NCBI GenBank assembly: GCA_041397225.1
Contig: JAWKXB010000001.1
Span: 431,391 to 495,390 of the forward strand
Reading direction: 5' to 3'
DNA length: 64,000 nucleotides
Source of the DNA: Paracoccaceae bacterium
GTDB taxonomy: Bacteria > Pseudomonadota > Alphaproteobacteria > Rhodobacterales > Rhodobacteraceae
Both the position numbers and the translations under genes were made by a program. Shown here piece after piece: positions 31,938-41,646 of the stretch. Within the stretch, counting starts at the first letter, position 1. Every line of letters starts with the position of its first letter. The notes under the pieces were generated by a model that did no database searches, was not told the DNA's origin, and saw only the letters and a program-made list of their open reading frames with translations.

Positions 31938-32025
31938 GGCCGCCCCCGCATCCGTCCCGAACGCGTAGGGCTTCTGTAGGTTATCTGTAGCTACAGAGCG
32001 CCCGCCCCTTTAGGAAAGACTTGAC

Positions 32026-32988
32026 ATGCTCATCGTTCCCGAAAACCTCATCGCGGGGCTTGTCACCGCTGACGACGCCTTCGCCGCAATCGAGGCGACC
32101 TTCGCCGCCATGGCGCGGGATGAGGCCTACAACTTCCCTGTCGTGCGCGAAGCCCTGGGCGAGGGGCGGCAATACGGGTTCAAGTCGGGCCTCGACCGGA
32201 CAGGATCGGTGCTTGGCGTCAAGGCGGGGGGCTACTTTCCCGGCAATGCCGACAAGGGCATCACCAATCACCAGTCAACGGTCTTTCTTTTCAACCCCGA
32301 CACCGGGCGTCCGACCGCGATGGTCGGCGGCAACCTTCTGACGGCCTTGCGCACCGCGGCCTCGTCGGCAATTTCCATCGACCGGCTGGCGCGGAAGGAT
32401 GCCAGCGTGCTCGGCATGGTCGGGGCGGGCCATCAGGCGGGGTTCCAGCTTCGCGCCGCCGCCCGCGTGCGCAAGTTCGAACGGGTCGTGGCCTGGAACC
32501 TGCATCCCGAAATGCTGCCGAAGCTCGGCGAGGTCGCGGAAGAGCTGGGCCTGCCGTTCGAGGCGGTGAGCCTCGATCAGCTCGGCGCCGAGGCGGACGT
32601 GATCATCACCATCACCTCCTCGCCGAAAGCCTCGCTGATGGACGGCCATATCCGCCCCGGCACCCACCTTGCCTGCATGGGCACCGACACCAAGGGCAAA
32701 CAGGAGGTGGAGCCCGCCCTGTTCTCGCGCGCCCGCATCTTCACCGACGAGGTTGCGCAATCCATTTCGATCGGCGAGGCGCAGCACGCCATCGCTGCCG
32801 ACCTGATCAGGGAAAAAGACATCACCCCGATCGGCAAGGTCATCGCCGGGATGGACCAGGGCCGGCGCAGCCAAGACGAGATCACGCTTTTCGACGGCAC
32901 CGGCGTGGGGCTTCAGGACCTGGCCGTGGCGAACGAGGCGGTCCGGCTGGCCGTGGAAAAGGGCATCGCCGTCGAGGTGGACGTCTAA
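32026..32988 (+). CDS. bhcD: Ornithine cyclodeaminase/mu-crystallin-family reductase; iminosuccinate reductase (BhcD-type)
   Basis: 320 aa. OCD-family layout with LTALRTAASSAISI and the Rossmann motif MVGAGHQAGFQL. Last gene of the operon. Confidence 0.8.
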   Translation: MLIVPENLIAGLVTADDAFAAIEATFAAMARDEAYNFPVVREALGEGRQYGFKSGLDRTGSVLGVKAGGYFPGNADKGITNHQSTVFLFNPDTGRPTAMVGGNLLTALRTAASSAISIDRLARKDASVLGMVGAGHQAGFQLRAAARVRKFERVVAWNLHPEMLPKLGEVAEELGLPFEAVSLDQLGAEADVIITITSSPKASLMDGHIRPGTHLACMGTDTKGKQEVEPALFSRARIFTDEVAQSISIGEAQHAIAADLIREKDITPIGKVIAGMDQGRRSQDEITLFDGTGVGLQDLAVANEAVRLAVEKGIAVEVDV

Positions 32989-33058
32989 CCACAGCGGAGT
33001 GTGATGTGACTGGGCCGCCGCGCCGCGGACCCGATCCCGGTGGCGTGGCCAGCTCGGC

Positions 33059-34678
33059 TCAATCGTCCCAGACAAACCCTGCCGGAAACTCTTCCGGCAG
33101 CGCGCAGAGCGCCAGCACGCCGCCCTTTGCCCCGACCCTGCGGCAGACCCTGCCATCGGCTTCGGCCATGCGGTAGAAACGGTCGAGGCCGTCTTCGGTC
33201 ATGGCCTCGGGCCAGTAATGCGCGAAGAGAAGCCAGATCGGCCCGGTCCCGGCAAGTTCGGTGGCCGCGCGTTCGTAGTAGGCTTCGCTCGTCAGGTGGT
33301 TTTCTCTGCCGCGCGCCTGCGTCGTCCAGGACGACATCGTTGTTTCATGGCGCAGCAGGCCGAGCGTCCGCGGCGCGCCGCGCGCGATCAGTTCGGGCCG
33401 AAGGGCGCGCACGCTGGGCTGGGCGCCGTAGTAGATCCAGAGTGGCGCATCGTACTTCGCCACGCGGTCGAGATGCGCGGAGACCTCGGTGTTTTCCAGA
33501 TCGGCGGCGCGAAGGACCGCCGCCGCGCCGATGGCGAGCGTGATGGCCGCTATCGCTGGTGTGAGCAATGAGAGTCTAATCCGCCTGAAAACCGCCTGCA
33601 GGATCGCGACTACCCCAAGCGCGAAGCTCGGAACAGCGAAGGGCGCGAGGAACATGAAATGGCGGGTCGAGGCGATCGGCAGGAGATGTGCCGCGTTCAA
33701 CACCAGAATCGCCGCGCCGCCGACCAGAAGCCCGCCCGCCAGCAGTTTCGACCTGCGGAAATAGGCGGGCAAGCCGACGAGCGCGATGAAGGCGAAGATC
33801 GCATAGAGGGCCGGCAGCCCTGAAATCAACCCGGCACGGAAGAGAATGGCGTCCAGATAGGACGGGGCAACCATGAGGAAGAGAACCCGGAGGATGTTCT
33901 CAGCCGCCTCGGCGTTCCCGGCTGACCGCAGGTTCCAAAGATCGACGAACGTCGTCGCGTAGCGGTCCGCATAGGCGCTTTGGTCCGGCATGGTCACGAT
34001 GCGGGTGAAGAAAAGGTAGAACAGGGCGCTCAGGCCGAGGGCAGGCAGGGCAAGGCCTGCAAGCCTTGCAGTTTCGCGCGATGCGCCCGGGCCGTTGCGC
34101 AAAAGCGTGGCGACGGCAAGCCCCCCGCCGGCGGCGACCAGAAGCACCGGCGCGAGGAAGGAAAAGACGCAGGCCAACAGGCTGGCGGCCAAAAAGGCCA
34201 GAACGCCCGTCACGTCCGGCTTTCGCAGACAGCGCGCGGCGGCCGCGATCAGAAGGCAGGCCGCCAGAAATTCGTTGACGTAGTTCTTGGGGTTGGTGGT
34301 GAACAGCAGCGTTTCCTGCGGCGAAGCCATCAGGATCAGGATGAGCGCGATCTCCGCGCTGCGGAAACTTGGCCGCATGACGCGGTAGAGGAGGTAGTAG
34401 CCGAGGCAGGCGGCCATCGCCGCAAGGATACGGACGCCGGTGAACCGGGCGAGCCCTTCGGCGCCGAAGATGCGCGAGACAAGGTCAAGCTCCATGACCG
34501 AACCCAATGCCGTCGCCTGCTCAAAATAGGGCAGCGGACGGAAATACTGCGCAAGGGAATCCAGCGGGAAGTTCGACATCAGCATGGCCTGATCGAAACC
34601 GGGATCGCGCCCGTCCGCGATCGCGATGACGCGGCTTGCGATGATAAGCGCCAATGCCCCGAGAGGCAGGCGTGACAT
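33059..34678 (-). CDS. Polytopic integral membrane protein with a C-terminal soluble domain (function unknown; GT-C-like topology is only a guess)
   Basis: About 540 aa, at least 10 hydrophobic segments, and a roughly 150-aa hydrophilic C-terminus. The start is taken at MSRLPLGALALII (34678); ATG 34705 is also possible. Confidence 0.6.
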   Translation of the reverse strand: MSRLPLGALALIIASRVIAIADGRDPGFDQAMLMSNFPLDSLAQYFRPLPYFEQATALGSVMELDLVSRIFGAEGLARFTGVRILAAMAACLGYYLLYRVMRPSFRSAEIALILILMASPQETLLFTTNPKNYVNEFLAACLLIAAAARCLRKPDVTGVLAFLAASLLACVFSFLAPVLLVAAGGGLAVATLLRNGPGASRETARLAGLALPALGLSALFYLFFTRIVTMPDQSAYADRYATTFVDLWNLRSAGNAEAAENILRVLFLMVAPSYLDAILFRAGLISGLPALYAIFAFIALVGLPAYFRRSKLLAGGLLVGGAAILVLNAAHLLPIASTRHFMFLAPFAVPSFALGVVAILQAVFRRIRLSLLTPAIAAITLAIGAAAVLRAADLENTEVSAHLDRVAKYDAPLWIYYGAQPSVRALRPELIARGAPRTLGLLRHETTMSSWTTQARGRENHLTSEAYYERAATELAGTGPIWLLFAHYWPEAMTEDGLDRFYRMAEADGRVCRRVGAKGGVLALCALPEEFPAGFVWDD

Positions 34679-34859
34679 ATTGCGTTCAAGATGGTCTGGA
34701 ACCAATTTGACACCTTCGACCAGCGCGACACATGCCCGCGGCAGAGGTTTGATCGCAGGTCAGGGGTCTTTCGGCAAGATCGTGCCTTCGCCGGAAGGCA
34801 GACCATGCTTGAGCGGAGGCCCCGGCTTCGCTATGCCGCTAGCTTAAAGGAGCAGCAGC

Positions 34860-35963
34860 ATGAGCCTCAACACCTTCGGCCACCTCTTCCGCGTCACGAC
34901 ATGGGGCGAAAGCCACGGCCCGGCATTGGGCGCGACCGTCGACGGCTGCCCGCCCGGCGTGGCGGTGGACGAGGCGATGCTGCAGCACTGGCTCGACCGG
35001 CGAAAGCCCGGGCAGAGCAAGTACACGACGCAGCGGAAGGAGGCTGACGCAGTGCGCATCCTTTCGGGCGTTCACGAAGGCCGCACGACCGGCACGCCTA
35101 TCCAGTTGATGATCGAGAATACCGACCAGCGGTCGAAGGACTACGGCGACATCGCCGAAAAGTTCCGCCCTGGCCACGCCGACATCACCTATTGGCAGAA
35201 ATACGGCCATCGCGACCCGCGCGGTGGCGGCCGCTCTTCGGCGCGCGAGACCGCGGCGCGGGTGGCGGCCGGCGGCGTAGCGCGCGCGGGTCTGGGGGCG
35301 CTTGCACCCGAGTTGAAGATCACCGGCTACATGGTTCAGATGGGCCGCCTCAGGGCCGACCGCGACCGCTTCGACATGGAGGAAATCGGGTGCAATCCGT
35401 TCTGGTGCCCGGATGCTGCGTCGGCCGCGATCTGGGCGGAACACCTGGACGAGCTGCGCAAGAGCGGCAACAGCGTCGGCGCTGTGATCGAGGTTGTCGC
35501 AAGCGGCGTGCCCGTGGGTTTGGGGGCGCCGGTTTATGGCAAGCTGGACACTGATCTGGCCGCCGCGATGATGTCGATCAACGCCGTCAAAGGGGTCGAG
35601 ATCGGCGCGGGGATGGGTGCGGCGGAGCTGACGGGGGTCGAGAATGCCGATGAGATATTCATGGGAAATGACGGCAAGCCCCGGTTCAGCTCGAACCACG
35701 CGGGCGGCATCCTCGGCGGCATCTCGACCGGGCAGGATGTGGTTGTGCGCTTTGCCGTCAAGCCGACCTCGTCGATCCTGACGCCGCGCAGGACCATCAC
35801 GGTCAAGGGCGAGGAAACCGAGATCGTCACCAAGGGCCGCCACGATCCCTGCGTGGGCATCCGCGCGGTGCCGGTCGGCGAGGCGATGATGGCTTGCGTG
35901 CTCCTTGATCACATGCTTCTGCATCGCGGCCAGATCGGCGATGCGGGCGGGCGGATCGGGTGA
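34860..35963 (+). CDS. aroC: Chorismate synthase
   Basis: 367 aa, [33 protein letters not shown]...GRHDPCVG. Confidence 0.95.
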   Translation: MSLNTFGHLFRVTTWGESHGPALGATVDGCPPGVAVDEAMLQHWLDRRKPGQSKYTTQRKEADAVRILSGVHEGRTTGTPIQLMIENTDQRSKDYGDIAEKFRPGHADITYWQKYGHRDPRGGGRSSARETAARVAAGGVARAGLGALAPELKITGYMVQMGRLRADRDRFDMEEIGCNPFWCPDAASAAIWAEHLDELRKSGNSVGAVIEVVASGVPVGLGAPVYGKLDTDLAAAMMSINAVKGVEIGAGMGAAELTGVENADEIFMGNDGKPRFSSNHAGGILGGISTGQDVVVRFAVKPTSSILTPRRTITVKGEETEIVTKGRHDPCVGIRAVPVGEAMMACVLLDHMLLHRGQIGDAGGRIG

Positions 35964-36219
35964 TGCGCCGGCATCGTCAAACCCGCGGCGCAGACCGACC
36001 TGGCGGTCATGGACGTGCCTGACGCCATCGCGGTGTCGGTCATCGGCAGCAGCGCGGAAATCCGGAGGTCGATGGCCGGCATGAGACGCGTGCATCGTTG
36101 AAGTATCGGGCCATATCTTCGTGGTTGTCGCGCCCGATTGTCTGGATCGAACCGATTTCACTCCCCACGCCACCCCATCATGTCGTGGATGAGACCGAGT
36201 TATCCTTCGTGTTGCGGAC

Positions 36220-37317
36220 TTATCCGGGCCGGAAGCTGGTTCGCAGCAGATCCGCAAGCGCCCCATGATCAATGGCGCGCACTTTCATGCCAACGGGCTT
36301 GATCGCGATGCGGTCCTCGGCGGCGATCATCGCGTTGACGACCGCTTCTTCCGTCGCCTGCACCGCCGCGGCGTAGAACACGTCCAGATGCGTGTCCTTC
36401 AGCGCCTGCAGCTCCATGATATCGGGCGCGTGCCAGGGATTGTCGACGCCGTTGGCGGTGCTGAAGGCGAGGAAGATGTCGCCCGAACCGTGCCCGCCCT
36501 TGGTGCCGTTCCGCCCGATCCCGATTGCGCCCCGCCGGGCGAGGCGGTTGAGCTGGTGCGGCAGGAGCGGCGCGTCGGTGGCGATCACCACGATGATCGA
36601 CCCGAGGTCGCGGGGAAAGACCAGATCGTCGCGCATGTGGCGGCCGACCGGCACGCCCGAAATCTCCAGCCAGTCGCGCGTGCCGTGGTTGGCCTGCACG
36701 AGAACGCCAAGATCATAGCTTTCCCCCGCCACCTCTACCCGGCGGGAAGCGGTACCGGTCCCACCCTTGAACTCGTAGGCGATCATGCCCGTGCCGCCGC
36801 CCACATTGCCTTCGGCCACGGGTCCGGGTTTCGCGCCTTGCAGCGCCTCGAGCGCATGCTCTTCGCGGATGCCACGCGCGTTGATGTCATTCAAGACGCC
36901 GTCATAGGTCTCTCCGACCACGGGCAGGCACCAGAGATGATCACGCTGGAACGCGTCGCCATGGCGGTCGATCATCCAGCCGACGGTGGCGTGGCTGACC
37001 ATGCCCACGGAATGCGAATTGGTCAGCATGACGGGTCCGGAGAACCAGCCGAGATCGGCGATGTGATGGCCGCCGGTCAGCTCTCCATTGCCGTTGAAGG
37101 AATGAAGCCCCGCCCAGACCGGCAGCATGCTGCCCGACACTCCGCGCGGGATGATCGCCGTGACGCCGGTGCAGAGCCCCTTGTGAGCGCCCTCTTGCGC
37201 AGGCTCGATCACCGTCGAGAATCCGACCGTGATGCCGGTCACATCGGTGATCGCGTTGTTCGGGCCCGGCGTCCCGTCAAAGTGAAGCCCCAGATCGCGG
37301 GCGCGCGGTCTTGTCAT
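36220..37317 (-). CDS. Peptidase S58 (DmpA-type L-aminopeptidase / D-Ala esterase-amidase)
   Basis: 365 aa, GPNNAITDVTGITVG...GGTGMIAYEFKGGTGTAS...GSIIVVIATDAPL, which are DmpA/P1-family hallmarks. Overlaps the rpiR stop by 4 nt. Confidence 0.8.
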   Translation of the reverse strand: MTRPRARDLGLHFDGTPGPNNAITDVTGITVGFSTVIEPAQEGAHKGLCTGVTAIIPRGVSGSMLPVWAGLHSFNGNGELTGGHHIADLGWFSGPVMLTNSHSVGMVSHATVGWMIDRHGDAFQRDHLWCLPVVGETYDGVLNDINARGIREEHALEALQGAKPGPVAEGNVGGGTGMIAYEFKGGTGTASRRVEVAGESYDLGVLVQANHGTRDWLEISGVPVGRHMRDDLVFPRDLGSIIVVIATDAPLLPHQLNRLARRGAIGIGRNGTKGGHGSGDIFLAFSTANGVDNPWHAPDIMELQALKDTHLDVFYAAAVQATEEAVVNAMIAAEDRIAIKPVGMKVRAIDHGALADLLRTSFRPG

Positions 37318-38234
37318 GTCCGTTTGTCCTTTCGCTGGCGCACCGGGCGCGATTGCGAACCGGGCTCGTAGGCGTAGGCATCGAAATGCGCGCCAAGGTC
37401 ATTCATCTGTTTCAAACGCGCGCGCGCCGGAGCGCCGATCCGCGCGGCAACGCCGTTCAGGAACAGCCCCAGAAGCGCCGACAGGGCGGACGTGCTGTCC
37501 CAGAATGTGCCGATGTCGGTGTCCACCGCCAGAACATGCGGCGTGTACTTGCGTGGCCACGGACTGAACTTGTCGGTGATCATCACAAGCGGGATGTCGC
37601 GGCGCAGGCAGAGTTCGGCGATCCTGAATGTGGTTTGCGAATAGGCCGCGGTGTCCACAAGGACGAGGCAGGACCGGTCGGGGCTTTCGGCGAAAAGCTC
37701 GGACCAATTGCCGCTCGTTCCCTCGGCGAAGCGGACGCCGGGGCGGGCGTATTTCAGGCGCGTGGCGAAATCCAGCGCAAGACCCTTCGACGCCTGAAAG
37801 CCGGTAACATTGACGAGGGCGGCTTTGTCCACGACATCGAGCGCGGCCTGCCATGCCGCGGTTCGGGCCAGTTCGTAGACGCTGAGAACCGACGCAACCT
37901 CTCGCTGCATCTGCTGGTCGAGCTCGTCTCCGGTTCCCTCGGGAATCGCGAAGCGGCGCCCGCGGTCCGTCGCCGGATGGCCTGAGTCGTCACGCAGTTC
38001 GGCGTTCAGGCTTTGCTTGAAGGTCTTGAAGTTGGCATAGCCAAGCCGCCGCACGAAGCGAATGACCGTCATCTCGCTGATGCCGGCCCCTTTTGCCACG
38101 TTGGCGGCGCTGACGAAGGGCACCTCGTGAAGATGGCTTTCGAACCAGGTGGCTACGGCGCTTTCGGCCGCCGACAGGTTGCGGCAAGCGCCGAGCCGTT
38201 CGCGAGGCGTGCCTCTGGGGGCGGCTTCGGTCAT
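37314..38234 (-). CDS. RpiR/MurR-family transcriptional regulator (HTH_6 + SIS)
   Basis: ATG 38234 overlaps the ABC ATPase stop (ATGA). The HTH is VSAANVAKGAGISEMTVIRFVRRLGY, followed by a SIS-like C-terminal half. Confidence 0.8.
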   Translation of the reverse strand: MTEAAPRGTPRERLGACRNLSAAESAVATWFESHLHEVPFVSAANVAKGAGISEMTVIRFVRRLGYANFKTFKQSLNAELRDDSGHPATDRGRRFAIPEGTGDELDQQMQREVASVLSVYELARTAAWQAALDVVDKAALVNVTGFQASKGLALDFATRLKYARPGVRFAEGTSGNWSELFAESPDRSCLVLVDTAAYSQTTFRIAELCLRRDIPLVMITDKFSPWPRKYTPHVLAVDTDIGTFWDSTSALSALLGLFLNGVAARIGAPARARLKQMNDLGAHFDAYAYEPGSQSRPVRQRKDKRT

Positions 38235-39847
38235 GTCGTCCCTCGTGCCGGATGGGCGCCCAGATGCGGAATGGCGTCGATCAGGGCGCGCGTGTAGGGG
38301 TCTCGCGGCGCGTCGAAGACCTGCGAGGTCGGGCCGGATTCGACGATCTGCCCGGCGCGCATGACGATCACCGAATTGCACAGACGCCGGATCACGGCGA
38401 GATCATGGCTGATGAAGATCATCGTCAAGCCGCGCTCTTTCTGGAGCCGGATCAAAAGTTCCATGACCTGGGCCTGCAAGGTCACGTCGAGCGCCGATGT
38501 CACCTCATCCGCGATCAGGACGCGAGGGTCCAGCGCCAGTGCGCGGGCGATCGCGACCCGCTGGCATTGTCCGCCGGACAGCTCCGCCGGCAGACGGCCG
38601 GCCAGGTTCGGCGCAAGATCGACCTGGCCCATCAGGTCGGCCACCCGCCGCGGGATATCGGAAGGGGGGCAGAGCCGATGCCGCCGCAGCGGCTCGGCGA
38701 TGGCGGATCGGACGTTCATCCGGGGCGACAGCGCCTCGTACGGATGCTGATAGACCAGTTGCACGTCGCGCAGATAGGCGACGCGACCCGGCCCGACCGG
38801 CTCCGCCGGTTTGCCGTCGAAACATATCTCGCCCCGCGATGGCTTCACGAGGCCGACCAGCGTCTTGGCCAGCGTCGACTTGCCCGACCCGCTTTCGCCG
38901 ACGATACCCAGAGCTTCGCCGGGGCGGACGGCGAAGTCTGCTTCTTTCACGGCCGTGAACCCGCCTCGGCGGCCCATCACGAGATCGGCGAGGGTCCTGC
39001 CGCCATAGCGGACCTGCACGCCGCGGGCCTCGACCAGGGGGGCGCCGGCGGTGGCCGCGCCCACCGCGCGCAGAGTCAGCCGATCGGGATGGGAGGCGAT
39101 CAGCATCTTCGTGTATTCGTGCGCCGGATCGGCGAGGATGCGCGCGACCGGCCCAGCCTCAACCACTTTCGAGCGGCGCATGACCAGAAGATCGTCGCAG
39201 ACCGCCGACACCGCGCCGAGGTCATGGCTGACGAAGATCATCGACAGGCCGCGATCGCGGCGCAACTGCGCCAGAAGGTCGAGAACGCTTTTCTGCACAG
39301 TGGCGTCGAGCGCGGTTGTCGGTTCATCGGCAAGCAGCAGGTCGGGCTGGCAGGCCAGCGCGCCCGCGATCATCGCGCGCTGTTTCATGCCGCCTGAAAG
39401 CTGATGCGGGTAGGCGCGCGCCCACCGTCGCGGCTCGGGGATGCGCACGACGTCGAGAAGCCGCAGCACCTCGTCCCCCACCGCGCGGCCGGGCATGTCG
39501 GTATGCCTGCGCAAGGTTTCGGCGACCTGATCGCCGATCCGCATGAGCGGGTCGAGATGCGAGGCAGGGCTTTGGAAGATCATGGCGATGCGCTTGCCGC
39601 GGATGGTGTCAAGCGCCGCTCCGGAAGCGGCGAGCATGTCCTGCCCGTCGAACGCCACCGATCCGGTGATCCGCGCGGTCTTCGGCAGAAGCCGGACGAG
39701 CGCGCGGCAGGTCACAGACTTGCCCGATCCGGACTCGCCAACGATCCCGAGGGCCGCGCCCTTTTCCAGGTCGAACGACACGCCATCGACGGCCGTCACC
39801 CCGCCGAAGCGGACGCCAAGGTCGCGCACGGACAGAAGCGCGCTCAT
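38231..39847 (-). CDS. Peptide/nickel-type ABC transporter, fused double ATPase (DppD-DppF-like)
   Basis: 538 aa from ATG 39847 (ATGA overlap with the permease stop). Two cassettes: GESGSGKSV/LSGGMKQR and GESGSGKST/LSGGQCQR. Confidence 0.9.
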   Translation of the reverse strand: MSALLSVRDLGVRFGGVTAVDGVSFDLEKGAALGIVGESGSGKSVTCRALVRLLPKTARITGSVAFDGQDMLAASGAALDTIRGKRIAMIFQSPASHLDPLMRIGDQVAETLRRHTDMPGRAVGDEVLRLLDVVRIPEPRRWARAYPHQLSGGMKQRAMIAGALACQPDLLLADEPTTALDATVQKSVLDLLAQLRRDRGLSMIFVSHDLGAVSAVCDDLLVMRRSKVVEAGPVARILADPAHEYTKMLIASHPDRLTLRAVGAATAGAPLVEARGVQVRYGGRTLADLVMGRRGGFTAVKEADFAVRPGEALGIVGESGSGKSTLAKTLVGLVKPSRGEICFDGKPAEPVGPGRVAYLRDVQLVYQHPYEALSPRMNVRSAIAEPLRRHRLCPPSDIPRRVADLMGQVDLAPNLAGRLPAELSGGQCQRVAIARALALDPRVLIADEVTSALDVTLQAQVMELLIRLQKERGLTMIFISHDLAVIRRLCNSVIVMRAGQIVESGPTSQVFDAPRDPYTRALIDAIPHLGAHPARGTT

Positions 39848-40647
39848 CGCTCGATCCGCAACATGCGGGCCAGACCGTCGCCGATCAGCGCGAAGCCGAT
39901 CCCGATCAGCACCATCGCGAGGCCGGGGAAGAAGCTGATCCACCACGCGGTGGAGATGTAGGTCTGCCCCTCGGCGATCATGACGCCCCATTCGGCGGCG
40001 GGCGGCGAGGCGCCCATGCCGAGAAACCCGAGCGCGGCACCGAAAAGGATCACCAAGGTCACATCCGTCATCATGTAGACGACGATGGGCGACAGCGCGT
40101 TCGGCAACACATGACGCAGAATGATGTAGGGATGCGAAAACCCCATCGTGCGGGCCGCCAGCACAAACTCCGCCTGCCGAAGCACGATCGCTTCGGCCCG
40201 CGCGAGCCGGGCATAGCCGACCCAGCCGACGAGGGCGAGGGCGATGAAGTAGTTCTCGATCCCCGGCCCCAGCACCGCGACGATGGCGAGGACCAGGACG
40301 AAGAAGGGAAAAGGCACGGTGATGTCGAGAAGGCGCATCGCCAGCACCTCGACCCAGCCGCCGAAATAGCCCGCCAGCAGTCCGATCGTCAGGCCGATCA
40401 GCATCGGCGCGATGACCCCCAGAAGCCCGATGTAAAGCGCAAGTCGCGCGCCATAGACGACGCGGCTATAGGTGTCGCGGCCGACATTGTCCGTCCCGAA
40501 CCAATGCCCGGCCCCAGGTCCCTGAAGGATTGCCCCGAAGTCGATGGCGTAGGGATCGTGGGTCGCGAGATAGGGCGCAGCCGCTGCGATCAGCGCCCAC
40601 ACCGCCACGAGCGTCACGCCCCAGAGGAACATTGGCGATGGTCTCAC
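39844..40647 (-). CDS. Peptide ABC transporter permease (DppC-like)
   Basis: 267 aa, 6 TM segments, BPD_transp_1-type. Overlapping stop/start with both neighbours. Confidence 0.88.
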   Translation of the reverse strand: MRPSPMFLWGVTLVAVWALIAAAAPYLATHDPYAIDFGAILQGPGAGHWFGTDNVGRDTYSRVVYGARLALYIGLLGVIAPMLIGLTIGLLAGYFGGWVEVLAMRLLDITVPFPFFVLVLAIVAVLGPGIENYFIALALVGWVGYARLARAEAIVLRQAEFVLAARTMGFSHPYIILRHVLPNALSPIVVYMMTDVTLVILFGAALGFLGMGASPPAAEWGVMIAEGQTYISTAWWISFFPGLAMVLIGIGFALIGDGLARMLRIER

Positions 40648-41582
40648 GGCGCCACCCTTGGGTCGATCAGGGCCGAAAGGAGATCGACCGCCATCATCAC
40701 GAGGATCGTCGTCAGCGCAAAGACGAGCGTGGCACCCTGCACGACGAAGTAGTCGCGGGCGAGGATGCTGTCGACCATCAGCTTGCCCATGCCGGGCACG
40801 GCATAGACGGTTTCGACGATCACCGATCCGCCAAGCAGATAGGCCACGATCACGGCAAAGAGGTTCAGCGTCGGCAGGATCGAGTTGGGAAAGACATGGG
40901 TGCGGAAGACCTGCCGCTCGCCCAGCCCCTTGGACAGCCCCGCGAGCACGTAGTCGCGGTTCATCTCATCCAGAAGCGCCGAGCGCAGGTTGCGTACGAG
41001 GATGGGCACGACCCATATCATCGTGGACAGTGCCGGAAGGAAGAGGTGCCGGAAATGCTCCGGCACCGTATTGCCGAATCCGCTGACCGGAAACCAGCCG
41101 AGCGTCACCCCGAAGAATCGCGCGAAGAGAAGGGCGAGCCAGAAGACCGGCACGGCAAGCCCGAATACCCCGATCAGGCGGATGATCTGGTCTGCAAGAC
41201 CGTTCTGCCGTCGCGCCGACCAGACCGATAGCGCGATGACCGGCGGCAGGGTCAGGACGATCGTGTAGACCACGAGGAACAGCGTGACCGGATAATACTG
41301 CGCAATGAGCGATGAGACCGGCACGCGGTAGCGCAGCGACGATCCCAGGTCGCCCGCCAGCAGGTTCTTCAGATAGGTGAAGTATTGCGACAGGATCGGT
41401 TCATCCAGCCCGTAGCGGTCGCGGATCGCCGCGATCGTCTCGGGCGAAGCACGGTCGCCGACCAGAAGCCGGATCGGATCGCCGGGTGTCGCGGCCATCA
41501 GGACGAAGGTCACGAGGCTGACGCCAAGCAGGACCGGTACCGCCTGCAAAAGGCGCAGCGCAATGAATCTCAGGGTTTTCAC
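40644..41582 (-). CDS. Peptide ABC transporter permease (DppB-like)
   Basis: 312 aa, MKTLRFIALRLLQAVPVLLGVSLVTFVLM...PGDP, the typical N-terminus of the family. Confidence 0.88.
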   Translation of the reverse strand: MKTLRFIALRLLQAVPVLLGVSLVTFVLMAATPGDPIRLLVGDRASPETIAAIRDRYGLDEPILSQYFTYLKNLLAGDLGSSLRYRVPVSSLIAQYYPVTLFLVVYTIVLTLPPVIALSVWSARRQNGLADQIIRLIGVFGLAVPVFWLALLFARFFGVTLGWFPVSGFGNTVPEHFRHLFLPALSTMIWVVPILVRNLRSALLDEMNRDYVLAGLSKGLGERQVFRTHVFPNSILPTLNLFAVIVAYLLGGSVIVETVYAVPGMGKLMVDSILARDYFVVQGATLVFALTTILVMMAVDLLSALIDPRVAP

Positions 41583-41646
41583 GTCTGTGCTCCGCCCTCG
41601 GAGGTCTCGGCGGCCGGGACACGCCCGGCCGCCGGGGCCTTGCCCG

